Source: Negaprion brevirostris (taxonomy: Eukaryota). From it: a stretch of DNA of 64,000 bases. A model generated the notes under the pieces. That model had not been told where the DNA came from, did not search any database, and saw only the letters and a program-made list of their open reading frames with translations. Below are positions 42,630 to 56,312 of this stretch, piece after piece. Each line of letters opens with the position of its first letter. Positions within the stretch are counted from its first letter, which is position 1. A program made the translations under genes and the position numbers. Location of the stretch: positions 74,705,949 through 74,769,948 of the forward strand of contig JARDVH010000025.1 of the NCBI GenBank assembly GCA_030324005.1. The letters are read 5' to 3'.

Positions 42630-43910
42630 ATGGGGAAAACATTGGAATTTATTATAAATACTGTTAACACTGGACACTTGATATGATTGGGCAAAGTCAA
42701 CTTGCATTTATGAAAGGGAAATCATATTTGACAAATGAGTTGGAGTTTTTGAGGATGTTACCTGGAGCAGAGATAGAGTCAGTCATTGTGATGTATTTGG
42801 CTTTTCAGAAAGCTTTTGATAAGGTCCCATACAGGAAGTTAGCAAACAAAATTAGACCACGTGGGATGGGGATAATATACTGGTATGGCCTGCCATCCTG
42901 AAAATGACCTGTTTATTCCACTGTATGTTTTCTGTCTGTTAACCAATTCTAGTGGAGTACCGTAAAGATCTGTGCCGTCTACAGTTGTTCACAATCCAAA
43001 TAAATGATTTGGAGGAGAGGATCTAATATCATTTTTCAAACTTTCTAACATAAGGAGGATGCAAGGAGGCTTCATGGGAATTTGGACAGGCTAAGTGAGT
43101 TGGCACAACATAGCAGATGGAATATAATGTAACTAAGTATGAAGTTAACCATTTTGCTAGAAAAAAGCAGAAAGGCAGAGTACTACTTAGATGATGAGAT
43201 GTTGGGAAGTGTTGATGCCCGAAGAGATCTGGGTGTCCTTGCTCGTCAGTCACTGAAAGTTAACCTACAGGTGCAGCAAACAAATAGGAAGGCAAACAGT
43301 ATGTTGGCCTTCATCACAAAGGGATTTGTGTGCAGGAGTAAAGATGCCTTACTGTAACTGTATAGAGCCTTGGTGAGACCACATCCTGGAGTATTGTGTG
43401 CAGTTTTGGTCTTCTTACCGAAGGAAGGATACACATGCCATAGAGGGAGTGCCAACAAAAGATCACCAGACTAATCTCTGAGTTGGCAAGATTGTCTTAT
43501 AAGGAGAGATTGAGGAGACTGGGTCTGTATTAAGTTGAGTTTCGAAGAATGAGATGATCTCATTCACAAAACTCACAAAATTCTTGCAGAGGGTAGATGT
43601 AGATAGGATGTCTCCCCTGACTGGTGAGTCTGGAACAGTTTCTTAAAAAGGGGCAGGCCGTTTGGGTGAGGAGGAATTGTTTCACTGAGGGTGGTAAATC
43701 TTTGGAATTCTCTAACCCAGAGGGCTGTGGGCACTCAATCACTGAGCACATTCAAGACAAAATTCAATAGATTTCTGGATACTAGTGACGTCAAGGGATA
43801 TGGAGATATTGGGGGAAAAATGATGTTAAAGTAGATGATCAGTCAGGATTTGTCTGAATAGCGGGATCAAGCACAGCGGGACAGATGGCCTAATCTTGCT
43901 CCTATGTTCC
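42630..43910 (+). mobile_element. CR1 LINE RT and 3' end
   Basis: SQLAFMKGKSYLTN...YLAFQKAFDKVPYRKL; RDLGVL..SLKVNLQVQQ..RKANSMLAFI; tail gatggcctaatcttgctcctatgttcc. Confidence 0.9.
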
Positions 43911-45799
43911 GATATACAAGAGCAGTTTCTTTTTGCCTTAAAGGACCACTTTGGCTAAGGTCAACCCAAGATGAGGCACATTGCCTTGGCTTGCATGCTT
44001 TAATCTTGATGGTCTTTCTTGAATTGGATTCACTTGGATTCACTTGGATTTTGAATTTGGCTCTTGGAGCAAGCAAGGAATGGATTTGGATATGCCTGGT
44101 CCACTCTGAGCATGGCTATGTAACTTTAAGAATGAAATCAAAAATTTAATAGTAAAAGCATCTGGCTGGAAAAAATCATCACAGCTTTAGCTTTTCCGTT
44201 TAGCTTACTGAAGGTCAAAGTCTCCTGCTTCAACACATAGCCTGGTGCAGTAACGATGTACCTGCATGAATTAGAGCTACAGCCATCAACAGAAGTGAGA
44301 AGAAAATCTGTTAGGGAGAGAGCTGCTGAAAGTTGGATTTCTGGAAAGCCTGAATGCCATTTAAGGAGAAGGAACTAGTCAGTGAACAGGGTAAAAATCT
44401 CTATAAATGTGAGGAGAGTACCTCTAAAATAAACAGTGGCAGTGGGGATGAGGGATATTGCTTGAATTTAGCAGACTGATAGTGTGATTAGCTATAATCA
44501 GATNNNNNNNNNNNNNNNNNNNNNNNNNNNNNNNNNNNNNNNNNNNNNNNNNNNNNNNNNNNNNNNNNNNNNNNNNNNNNNNNNNNNNNNNNNNNNNNNN
44601 NNNNNNNNNNNNNNNNNNNNNNNNNNNNNNNNNNNNNNNNNNNNNNNNNNNNNNNNNNNNNNNNNNNNNNNNNNNNNNNNNNNNNNNNNNNNNNNNNNNN
44701 NNNNNNNNNNNNNNNNNNNNNNNNNNNNNNNNNNNNNNNNNNNNNNNNNNNNNNNNNNNNNNNNNNNNNNNNNNNNNNNNNNNNNNNNNNNNNNNNNNNN
44801 NNNNNNNNNNNNNNNNNNNNNNNNNNNNNNNNNNNNNNNNNNNNNNNNNNNNNNNNNNNNNNNNNNNNNNNNNNNNNNNNNNNNNNNNNNNNNNNNNNNN
44901 NNNNNNNNNNNNNTGGCACTGCCTCCTTTGTGTACTCCCTTGACGCTGCCCCCCTGTCACTGCCCCGCCGTGTCCCCCATGCCTACAGGTGTGGTCACTC
45001 ACGACTGGTTTTTGTTTTTGAAAACTAGTAGTGATTTGTGTCGGCGTGATATCATACTGCTGCGGGGGGGAGAAGTGGGAGGATGGTAGAGGAGGATGAT
45101 ATTATCATGAGCAGACACTATTTAAAACCCTTTAAATACATTGACGTTTATTCAAATTAATGGGAATCAGGTTTGCGTCCACATCACCAGCAGTGGGCAG
45201 GGATGATCTCAAAAGGGCATCTTGCCAGCCCCAATCCCATTTTTGAGATTTAGAGGGTATCATGGGATTTGTCCCTGTGGTGAACCGGGGGCTAGATTTC
45301 GCCGAGAGAAAGTTAAACATTTTAGCCCAGGCAAATGTCAAATATCTACAAGCTTCTTTAATAAATTGTGGAGTAATTTGGTAAGCCTTGATACGCTTGG
45401 TGTAAAATTCTGATATCTATTTGCTTGAGACAAAGGAGAATGACCATTACCGATTCCCTCCTCCAGCATAAGTCACAGGATATTGATCAGATGCTGGCAT
45501 TTCGGTTAAATTATCTCTCCACCTTTTACAACCCTGTCCATTCCTGGTCAGTGGGGCAAAAACCAACTGTAATTCCCAGCCAGGATGAACCATTTTAGAC
45601 ATATTGGGAATCAAATCTGGAAGCACCTGACCGGCAGGAGCAATTTTCAAGTAGTGAATCAAGTTATCGGAAGATTGAATTGATGCAACAGAGTGACTTG
45701 CCAGTCAGGTTCCAAATATTCCCAATTAGATTCCATAATATTCAGAGAACTAAGAATTTTCTCTGAAATTTGGAGTGTAAGTTGTCAAAGTCTTTTTCT

Positions 45800-46133
45800 T
45801 AGAAATCATAGAAATCCTAAGGTGCAGAAGGAGGCCATTCAGCCCATTGAATCTGCACCGACCACAATCCCACCCAGACCCTACTCCCATATCCCTACAT
45901 ATGTTACCCACTAATCCCTCTGACCTACACATCTCATGACCTAAGGGGCAATTTTTAGCAAGGCCCATCAGCCTAACCCGCACATCTTTGGACTGTGGGA
46001 GGAAACCGGAGCACCTGGAGGAAACCCATGTAGACATGAGGAGAATGTGCAAACTCCACACAGACAGTGATCCAAGGCAGGAATCGAACCCAGGTCCCTG
46101 AAGCTGTGAAGCAGCAGTGCTACTGTGCTGCCC
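45800..46133 (-). mobile_element. HE1-type V-SINE
   Basis: Same head, V core and tail as 37167-37508 (B-box gggttcgattcc). Confidence 0.92.
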
Positions 46134-46384
46134 TGAACAGGATCGATCCTGCACATTATTGATTCCAATTAGTGTTTCAGTTAGGTGCTTTGATTAATGA
46201 AAGGTGTTCCAAAACTTGCTCAGAAACCATTGTACGAATGATGCTAGTGAAAGGATAGGGAATTGAAAAAATTGAATTTTCAATGCAGCCAGTGTTTGCA
46301 ATAAACTTGGGGGTTTGCTTTTATTTAGATCTTACCACTTTTAATAGCTGAAGCCCAGATTGTTCACTGGAAAATGGTGGGTAG

Positions 46385-46860
46385 AATCAAGTTACTTGGA
46401 TGCTACCAGGACATGAATGGATTGAGTTATTAAGAAGAGACTGGATAGACTGGGACTTTTTTCTCTGGAGCGTAGGAGGCTGAGAGGGGTGATCTTATTT
46501 ATAGAGGTCTATAAAATAATGAGGGGCACAGATCAGCTAAATAGTCAACATCTTTTTCCAAAGGTAGGGGTGTTTAAAACTAGAGGGCATAGATTTAAGG
46601 TGAGAGGGGAGAGATACAAAAGGATCCAGAGGAGCAATTTTTTCACAGAGAGGTTGGTGAGTATCTGGAACGAACTGCCAGAGGCAGTAGTAGAGGCGGG
46701 TACAATTTTGTCTTTTAAAAAGCATTTGGACATGGGTAAGATTGGTATAGAGGGATATGGGCTAAACACGGGCAATTGGGACTAGGTGAAAAAAGGCAGC
46801 ATGGACAAGTTGAGCTGAAGAGCCTGTTTCCCTGCTGTAAACCTCCATGACTCTATTATG
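46385..46860 (+). mobile_element. CR1 LINE 3' end
   Basis: IEVYKIMRGTD...LFPKVG..KTRGHRFKVRGER...NFFTERLVSIWNELPEAVVEAGT. Confidence 0.92.
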
Positions 46861-47097
46861 AAAAGGCCATATACCTGCAAAGAGAGCTAAATCCCTTGAA
46901 AGAAGGAATACATTTTAGTTAATGATCAACTAAACCAAAGTGTAAACAACACAAAGTAAAATCATATGTAAGTGGAACTCATCAGAACTGAACTCTGCAC
47001 TCACTCAGTCACATTTACATTCAGCCTGACTGCTTGTGACTGCTTTGTCATTCGTATTATTGATGGAATATCTTAGCCCCGTACACCCTCCATGCCC

Positions 47098-47760
47098 AAA
47101 GAACAAAGAAAATTACAGCACAGGAACAGGCCCTTCTATTCCCATCCTATTCATGTACTTATCAATATGCCCCTTAAAAGTATCCGCTTCCACTACCTCC
47201 CACCATAACGCGTTCCAGGCAACCACTACTCTCTGTGTAAAAAAATTTGCCTTGTACATCTCCTTTAAACATTGCCCCTCACACCTTAAACCTATGGCCC
47301 CCTGGTAATTGACTCTTCCACCCTGGGAAAAAGCTTCTGACTACACTCTGTCCGTGCCTCTAATGATCTTGTAGACTTCTATCAGGTCTCCCCTCAACCT
47401 TTCGTCATTCCAGTGAGAACAAACCAAGTTTCCCCAACGTCTCCTCATAGCTAATGTCCTCCGCATCAGGCAACATCCTAGTAAATCTTTTCTGTACCCT
47501 CTCCAAAGCCAGAATTCATGTGGCAACGAGAATTGAACACTATATTCCAAGCGCGGCCTAACTAAGGTTCTATAAAGCTGCAACATGACTTGCCAATTTT
47601 TAAACTCAGTACCCTGGCCAATGAAGGCGAGCACGCCGTATGTCTTCTTGACTACCTTCTCCACCTGCATTGCAACTTTCAGCGATCTGTACACCCAGAT
47701 CCTTTTACCTATCAATATTGTATATTTTCTATCTGTATTAGCCCTTCCAAAATGCATTAC
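47098..47760 (-). mobile_element. CR1 LINE 3' part
   Basis: VMHFGRAN...SLKVAMQVEKVVKKTYGVLAFI...LYRTLVRPRLEYSVQF...LRGDLIEVYKIIRG. Confidence 0.92.
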
Positions 47761-48182
47761 CCCCCGACTGCCCAAACCTCCCCCCAACTGCCTGACCCTC
47801 TCACACTGAGTGCCCGACCACAACCTTCCCAACAGACTAACCATCTCCTGACTGTCCAACCTTTCCTTTAACTGACCAAACATCCCCCCACTGCCTCACA
47901 CCTAACCAACTGCCTGACTTCACCTCGCAATTGCCCAACCCAGTCCCCACTGACTGCCCGACCCTGTCCCCTGAGTGTCCGGCCCTGCCCAATTTCATCC
48001 ACCCAACTATCCAGCCTCCCCACAACTACTCGACCCTCAGTCCTGTGATCTACCTCCCCAATTAACCCCCGACTGCCCAATGCCCACTGACTGCCTGGTC
48101 CCCCCCTAAAAGCCCTCCCCTGTGACTGCCCCCATCTTCCCCAATTATCCAAACCTCTTGCCTGTCCAGTTCCTCCCCCAAA
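47760..48182. repeat. Degenerate C-rich minisatellite
   Basis: Recurrent units like ccccactgactgccc / cccccgactgcccaa with strong C skew on +. Confidence 0.7.
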
Positions 48183-49232
48183 CTTAGTTTACAGACCTAC
48201 CTTCTCCCTGGCTTGAAAGTGGCTGGACCTTTGTGGTGGCATTCTCTTTAGCTCCTAGCAACGGGTTCAGTGGCATGGGGGAGAATTCAGCAGGGGACCC
48301 AAAAAGCAGATTTATGCCAGTGAAAATTTCCAATGGGATCTTCCGATGGTGCCCGCCATGGCAGGTCAGGAAATGCAATGGAGGCCAGTGTAAAACACTT
48401 TTGCATTCTGTAATGGGATGCAGATGAAGGTCCAACCATCTATGCCCAATTCTGTATGATGCCAGCAGGAAAAAATGCCAGTGCAAAACAGTTTAGGAAC
48501 TACATTGTGTGCAGATGTCAGGACTCACCTGAACAATGCTTGGGCTGCTACTGGAGTTCAGGATGGAGGCCACTGGCACACCTGTCTCAGAATGTCACGA
48601 GAGATCCAACTTCTTTCACCAGTAGCGGGTCAGTGAAGTTAGGTACTGAAATGAACTGCACACCCTCAGGTCGAGTGGCCATGCAATGGAAAATGGTGCA
48701 AAACCCCCTGGGCGCATATGGAGACAGTCTCCGCAGCGGGAAATATTCCATGTTTCTGCACCGCAGATTAGTTTTAAATAGTGCTGCTAGCCTCACTCAA
48801 ACTGGGACCCCTTGCTGAGGTGTGCTTCCCTTGAGCAGCATGCTTATTGCTGGGCTGCACGCGACTGTTATTTAAGTTAGAAAGCCTGTCTGCATCAGAT
48901 TGAACGGGACCAGGTAATTTGAATTTTGGTTCCCCTGTGTCTGTCTGCATTATCATATTTAATAGCTCTATCACTGATTCTTCAGGCAATGTATTTTATT
49001 CTGAATAATTTAAGGCAATCAAAGAGGGATCCAATACTCTGAATCTCACTTTTAACTTCATTTATCCTGCACCTGATCTTTGATTTAAGTGGAGGTGAGG
49101 GAAGTGTGCTACCTTTAAAATATAAAATCATTAGGTAATATGTAATTGTATTTAAAAAGGAATAATTAGATCCTGACGGAGTGGAATGATTCTTTCAGTA
49201 GGTGACTTTTAGAGTCAGATGTTGATATAAGT

Positions 49233-49385
49233 AGAAAATGCTGGAAATACTCAGCAGGTGTGGCAGCATCTGTGGAGTGAGACCTGAAATGCTAACTCTG
49301 TTTCTTTCTCCACAGATGCTGCCAGACCACGTGAGTATTTTCAGCATTCTCTGTTTTTATTTTAGATTTCCAGCATCGACGATAC
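49233..49385. repeat. Palindromic interspersed repeat (hairpin)
   Basis: tggcagcatctgtggag (49261-49277) pairs perfectly with ctccacagatgctgcca (49308-49324), extended by imperfect outer arms; partial copies at ~11675-11770 and ~13582-13620. Confidence 0.8.
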
Positions 49386-50449
49386 TTTGCTTGGAACTGT
49401 TCATAGAGTTGGAAAAACCAGTTCAAGCAAGCTCAGGATTGGTTCATACAACCAAAGCTGGAGTTGAACCAATGGACATTTTTTCAAGTGTTGAAGTGAG
49501 TTTGGAGTCAGAAGTGTTAGATCTTGATTAAGATGGGGAAGGTGGGCATATATACTCTTAATTTCCATGAAAGGAGCAGCTGGATGACCAAATAGCTTTT
49601 CTTGATTGCATTATTATGATCTGGTAGTTTCAAAGGTGTAACATGGTGAATGTATCAAAGTGAGCAGTAACATAACGTATCTGTTTAAAAGAAGATGGTT
49701 TCTGTTGCTGGTTATAGTGCACAATAACATAAATTCTATTTGGATGTGTTGATGCATGTGCTCATGAAATCATCCGTCAGCCCAGAATTTAAAATAAAGA
49801 ATTATTACACTTCTTTCCTTTTTTAACCATTTTCTCCACTCCTTGATACCTCTGTTGAAGGCACTGATTTCTTGCTGAGTTACAGTCTAGTAGTGTGAAG
49901 TGGCCCATGGTATCTCACCCAAGGTGCCATCCTTCTTACGTGAAGATAGTTAATGAGTGCCAGTATCTTTCAGCCACACCAGCATCACAGGAAATCTATC
50001 CTTGTCTGTACGCAAAGTTCTATCAGAGGTCAGTGGATAAGACCTCTCACNNNNNNNNNNAGGCGAATTGTCATGTTTCTAAGCCACAAAGCTGAGATAT
50101 GCTATCAGAGAATTAAACCCTGATTTAACCTTGAACCTTGACTCAGTTACTCACTGCCTGAATCTTTGGGTCAAAGAGAGCATTACTTCATTAGATTTTA
50201 AGAAAGTTCATAGATCATTTCTCGTTATTTATGCTCCTCATGAGCCTCCATCCACCTCCACGTCTCCCTTCCAGGCACCCCCTCTCCCTCATCAATATAT
50301 ACTTCTATCCCTTTCTCCCCCATGTATGTATCTAGCTTCCTCTGAAATGTACTCATATTATCACTTCACCCATTCCCTGTAGTGTCATATTCTCACCATT
50401 CATTAGGTAAAGAGGTTTCTCATGAAATCTCGATTAAATTATTAAACAA

Positions 50450-53400
50450 CTTCATTAGGTTGAATAATGTGGGAGCATTCCCCACGCCCAGTAACCTGGG
50501 CGTTATGAAGTCGGACCACATTCCCAATGCCATTATGACAGTTTTGTCCAAATGACAGACTTAAAAATCGGGAGTCTACTCATGTTATTAAACTTTATTT
50601 AAATAGATAGTTAAGGTTGTTAGCAACCTAATTGATTGTGAAAATATGTTCTGTCTGCATTAATATGCCTGCAGAGCCTATTTTACAGCATGTGGGATTC
50701 CTGTTTTTTTAATAAGGTAGTTTGTTAGGGCAAGCATGAAAGGCTCAGCTGAACCCTGAGTCTCACCCTGGCAGCTCAGAGTTGTGTAGCTGCTGAGAGT
50801 GCTTCAATCAAGGAGCAGTTTCCATTTAACTTAGATTAATTAGAGGCTCTTATCTGTCTGCTGAGTGCTCTGTTTATTCCTTGCCCATCACCCAAAGCAA
50901 TAAAGTTGCTTGTCTTGGTGGAAGTCACAATCTCCAGCGAGGATGAAGAGATTGAGAGGAAGAAGAGCAGAACAGGAAGTCCTGGGTGCACTGGTTTTGC
51001 ATGAAGGGGCCAGAGCTGTGCCAGACTCAGAGGGTATTGGAGGCAACATAAATTCTCAGAGGAAGTGCAGAAGGTCTTATGAAGACCCTTAAGTATGCAG
51101 GCAGAGACTGATCTCTCAACAGATGTCAGAGACTCAATGCAAGAGAAGGCTCCAGCTATCAAGAACCACAGTCACATCACTCTATGACATGCTTGGAGGA
51201 AGATCTGCACCATCTGCACTCGGTGGGGGGGCGGCAGTCACTCTGTTCTCTAAAGGTCACTGTCGTTCTCAATCTCTTCATATTAAGCCCCTTTCAGGCA
51301 GCATGTGGAGACCTCAATTGATTAACACAGCCTGCTGCACATCACTGCATGAAGGTCTTCACTGATNNNNNNNNNNNNNNNNNNNNNNNNNNNNNNNNNN
51401 NNNNNNNNNNNNNNNNNNNNNNNNNNNNNNNNNNNNNNNNNNNNNNNNNNNNNNNNNNNNNNNNNNNNNNNNNNNNNNNNNNNNNNNNNNNNNNNNNNNN
51501 NNNNNNNNNNNNNNNNNNNNNNNNNNNNNNNNNNNNNNNNNNNNNNNNNNNNNNNNNNNNNNNNNNNNNNNNNNNNNNNNNNNNNNNNNNNNNNNNNNNN
51601 NNNNNNNNNNNNNNNNNNNNNNNNNNNNNNNNNNNNNNNNNNNNNNNNNNNNNNNNNNNNNNNNNNGATCATCAGCCTATTGAAAATGAGCTTCAGATGT
51701 TTGACAAACCTGGAGAGGCATTACCTACACTCCGTCACATGTGTCCCTGATGGTCGCGGTGTACTGCGCCCTCCATGACCTCACTATTCCAAAGAGGATA
51801 CGCCCTGAAGGATGAGGGCAAAGATGAGCTGAGTGAAATTGTCATAATCATATGGATGCCTTAATGAGACAAAGATTTCAGAAGTCTCAAAAATTCCAAT
51901 ATCAGAGACATGTGTCCAAACCATTCTCTTTGTGCAACGTGATACTCATCATCGTCATGACACACATCCTTTCCAAAGATTAACATGCAAGGCACCATAC
52001 CTTGCATCAATATTATAAAAGCTTTCATCTATTTCCTGATACAAGCCCCACAGTCACAGCATAGAATGAAAACACAAGCATGAGTGTTCATGGGTTTATT
52101 TACAAATGTGCAATGATTAGATACATTGAAAGGAATAAGCTACTCACTCACGCATCCCTCTTGGTGATTACTGTAGAGTTTTTTATGACACACTTATGAG
52201 TTCCCCCTACTCCACTTGCTGCCACACTGGGGAGAAGCTGCTAATCTGTTACTTTCCTTGCTCTCAATGACTTTGGCAGGCAACCTCTGTGCTGTTGCAG
52301 CTTTGAGTGGCCTGCCATGCTAGAAGACCCCATGTGAGAGTCATGATAAACTTCTGTCACCACAGGAAGAGTGTGTCAATGATAGATGGACAGAGAAGAT
52401 GCTACCCGCCTTCAGAAGTGCCCTGAGAGGTTCTTCTGGATGGTGGCAGCTGCTGCTCATCCTCTGCTTCCTCATCCAAGGCTTCCTGTCGGACCTTTGG
52501 GTGCTCCTTGCCTACCAGTTAGGTCTGGATCTGCATCAGGCTCCCGGTCCCCCTGTTAACCTGCCTCTGGGTCACTAAGCTGCATTACGCTCAGTTTGCC
52601 CCTCCAGAGCAGTTGCCAGTCTGTCCATAGAGGAAACTTGGTACTCTGAATGGGTGATTGCTCTGCACAATGCCTGGATGGATAGATCTACAGTGAGACT
52701 GGAGCACAAAGCCTTCTGGTAAATCCGTCAAATCCTCAAGGAACACACATCCGACATCCAGCATCTGGTCCCTTACGGATGATTCCAGATCCTCGTCATC
52801 TAATACAAAAGCAGATGCTCATTCACCCCAGACACTCCTTTGACTGCACAATGCCTGCTCCACCACACTCACCAGTAGCCATGAAGTGTCCGGGCCAGGC
52901 TGTACCTGACTCCATTCTGAAGCACAATTCCCTGCTGAGATGCCAGTATCTGTGATGGTGCTTGAGAGAGAAGATGTAACGCTGCATCCTCCGAGGGCTC
53001 TCCTCCTCAGAAGGGTGACTGCACAGCATCCAGAGGAGGATTCATGGAAGAGGCTTCATCTGTGACAGATATAAGTCAGGGGGTTAGTAGTCATCACAGA
53101 TCTTGCCACAACAATGCAATGTCACTAAGCTCTGCAACATTATTCATATCCGACAAGAGAGATGAGGCAATGCAAAATGCAACACATCCTTGTACCAACA
53201 TTTGAAGGTTACAATTATGGTTACAATTCCCCAAGATTTCAATGTTGGAACTATATTACTGGGTTTTATTGTAGCAAAACAAACCCCCTACTTGCCCTGT
53301 CCCCTTTTTATGTTTTTTGCCATCTCACCAGATGCACATCTTCTTCCAATCTCGCCTCCACCAATGGTCCTGGATGACTCTGCATTAATGAGAGTCAACA

Positions 53401-54630
53401 CCTCCCCCCAGACTAGCCTCACCACTCCAGAACTGTGAACTTGCTTCTCCTGAAAAGATATGCTTGAGTGCATTCACTAGCACTGTCAGCTTACCTAATG
53501 ACGTGTCACTAATGCATTATTAGCAAATTGTGCGGCAGCCTTGATACTGTGCACATTCCTCATCCACACAGTCTGCCACTCCCACCCCAACTGGAGCATA
53601 GAAACTAGAAGCAGAAGTAGGCCATTTGGCCCTTCGAGCATGTTCCACCATTCATTTTGATCATGGTTGATCATCAAATTCAATATCCTGATCCCGCCTT
53701 CCCCCATATCCCTTTAGCCCTTAGGGCTATATCTAATTTCTTCTTGAAAACTTTTAAGAGCACACTGACATTGTCACTGACAGAAATGAATTTGCTGCAT
53801 CATGCTGCACTGGAGCTCCAGCTACACTTACATTCCTCTTGCATTCGTGACAGTACACTGTGGCTCACTGGTACAAGATTTCACAAGCAGAGGATATACT
53901 CACTCTGGATGCCCTTATGAGGCCATTGAGCCTTTATTGGCATTGAGACCAGGTTCTCCTCCACAGCCTGACACTGCTGACCTCCTTGGCAACCTCCTCC
54001 CATGCAGCATGTGTTTTAGTCAGGTTTCTCCTCTTCCTGCCAGATGGCATCAGCTGCTCACCAGGTCCAGCACTGCACGGGGGAGGGCTCTGAGAGTGAG
54101 TTATCATTAAATCAAGGAGCTGCTGTGCCCCTTCTCCCCTCCCTCCCAATGGCTCAGATATCTCTGGGAGGGAAACATGCAACAATAAGACAACTCTGCA
54201 AAGATGTGGAAAATTTATTCAGATTTATAAATAAAGCCTCCTCTGCTCTGTGGAAATGTTTGGACATAGCAGAACTTGAATAAATACACAGTCACTGTAA
54301 AAGCCTGCAAATCGCTGAAGTCCCAATGAGCTTCGAGCCTGTGAACAATGCAGGCATTTGCTGACACTGTCCTGTGCCAGGGGACATTTTAAATTACTGG
54401 CTGTGACGTCGTTCTGCGTCACAGCCAATGACCTTTGAGGCTGGACATCCCACCCTCCAACATTGATTGGGTGGGATGAAAGCCTCAAACCTACCCTATG
54501 ATTTCAAGTGCATCAATGAATGCTTCATCAGGTCTGTTGTGAAAGTGGGACCAGAAGTTGAAAGGCTATCGACTTCCAGATATGAAACTCAGTGCCCTCC
54601 CACCACCCTCCAAACTGCAGCATATTATTC
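50450..54630. mobile_element. Degenerate near-complete PIF/Harbinger transposon (transposase on +, Myb/SANT gene on -)
   Basis: - strand RKRRNLTKTHAAWEEVAKEVSSVRLWRRTWSQCQ (Myb/SANT-like). + strand SETQCKRRLQLSR, GLLKMxFRCL, VxxxVxVYCALHDL (HARBI1-like). Confidence 0.75.
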
Positions 54631-55174
54631 AGCCCACATTCATAAAGCTTTTCATTCGATCACCCTTCAGTCTTCTCTTTTCTAGCGAAAAGCACCCCAC
54701 CCTGTTCAACCAGAATTAAATGCACTCACTTCTTGTGAATCTGTCTGACATCTTCTACAGCGCTTCTATTTCCTTTTGCTTTCAAACGCTGATAGAGTCA
54801 GGGACCTGTTCAAATCCCTGCTCTTAATTTGGTCAGGGTTTGAGGTTTATATGGCTACTGCTTGGCTGACATGAGGCAAATGCACCAGTGCTTTCACATG
54901 GATTCTAACACTTCCATCATGTAGAAATCTATTGCAGTAAGATTTCAATAATTCCAAGTGTGAAAATGACCAAGAATGAGTGGCCATTAAAATAGAAAGC
55001 CACTATTATTAACTTTATTTTCCAAATCTTATATTTTGTATATATATTCTTGTATATATATTTTCTGTATCTATTTTTTTTCAATGATAAAGACTACATA
55101 GATATGAAGATTTATTAATTGTAGCAAAAAATCCAAGATAGCACGAAGCACAATTTAATATTGAATAGTCTAAA

Positions 55175-55340
55175 AATGTCTGGCGGATTAGCCATGCTGA
55201 ATTGCCCCTTATGTCAGGGGGACTGGCTAGGGTAAATGTGTGTGGTTATGGGGAAAGCGCCTGGGTGGGATTGTGGTCGGTGCAGACTCAGTGGGTCAAA
55301 TGGCCTCTTTCTGCACTGTAGGATTCTATGATACTCTATG
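55175..55340 (+). mobile_element. 5'-truncated HE1-type SINE (3' half)
   Basis: gccatgctgaattgcccctt...ctgggtgggattgtggtcggtgcagactc...ggattctatgatactctatg. Confidence 0.8.
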
Positions 55341-55549
55341 ATAATAATCTGGGAAACATGCAATTGAATTTTACAAAAAGGAGTAAATTTTCCTATCCCA
55401 TCCTCCACAGGAATTGTAGCAGACAGGACGGACAATTTGATGGACCATGGCAAGGTCCATTGACCTCGGGCAGGAATTTCTGTCCTCAGGGTGATCGAGA
55501 CCTGAAAACCCTGCCCAAAGTTTGTTGAAAAGGAGCAAATGTGAATAAG

Positions 55550-56090
55550 AGCAAATAGCATTTATATTGTGCCTTTAATGTGTTAAAACTCCCAAGGCAC
55601 TTAACAAGAAAATAACATTTTCACTTGGAAAAGTCTCACAACACAGGTTAAAGTCCAACAAATTTATTTGGAATCACAAGATTTCAGAGTGCTGCTCCTT
55701 CATCAGGTTTTCACATTAAGGTATAGAGAGATATTAGGACTGATGACCAAAAACATGGACAATTCAGTACGTTTTAGGATGCATCCTAAAGGAGGAGAGA
55801 AAAGTAGGGATGGAGATGTTTTGATAGGAAATCCAAAATTCCCTTGAGGAAGTCCCTTGCGGGCCAAAGCATTAGGAAGCATGGGACACCAACGATGGAG
55901 CAATTACAATTGAGGATGCACAAGAGGCTTGAATTGTAGGAGCGCAGGAGTCTGAGGCCAGTAGGACAGCAAGAAGTTATGGAGCTGGGGAGGGATGAGG
56001 GAACAAGAAAACAAGAATGAGAATTTTGAAATTGAAGCATTGTCAGAGCAGCAGCTAATCTAGGTCAGCAAGCACAAAGAAACAAAGGTA
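55550..56090 (-). mobile_element. L2 LINE 3' remnant
   Basis: L2-like tail (gcatttatattgtgcctttaatgtg..aaactcccaaggcactt on +) and decayed LRLLRSxNSSLLCI. Confidence 0.55.
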
Positions 56091-56242
56091 AATGGGAAGC
56101 TTTCTGCTTACCCTGTTAATATACTCTTGGCTGGGAAAGCAAGATGATGTTTAGAATTGTTCAGAATTTATGTCCATCTGTACAATGCAATCAAATTTAA
56201 TTCTAATCATGCCGGACTAACTAACTGTTCTTTTCCTTTTAG

Positions 56243-56312
56243 ACCATTGGTTGCCATGTACAATGATAAGCTTGAGCTTCAGACCTGTCTGGAGCATGGC
56301 AGGACAGCAAAG
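56243..56312 (+). CDS. DNMT3A: DNMT3A coding exon (human exon 21 equivalent)
   Basis: Acceptor ttttccttttag, donor gtcagt; 70 bp, phase 2 matching the previous exon. (R)PLVAMYNDKLELQTCLEHGRTAK vs human [23 protein letters not shown]. Confidence 0.95.

Noticed and set aside
44424-45089. Long ORFs spanning N runs (also 884-1154, 51322-51750, 57091-57546)
   Set aside because: Artifacts of translating gaps.
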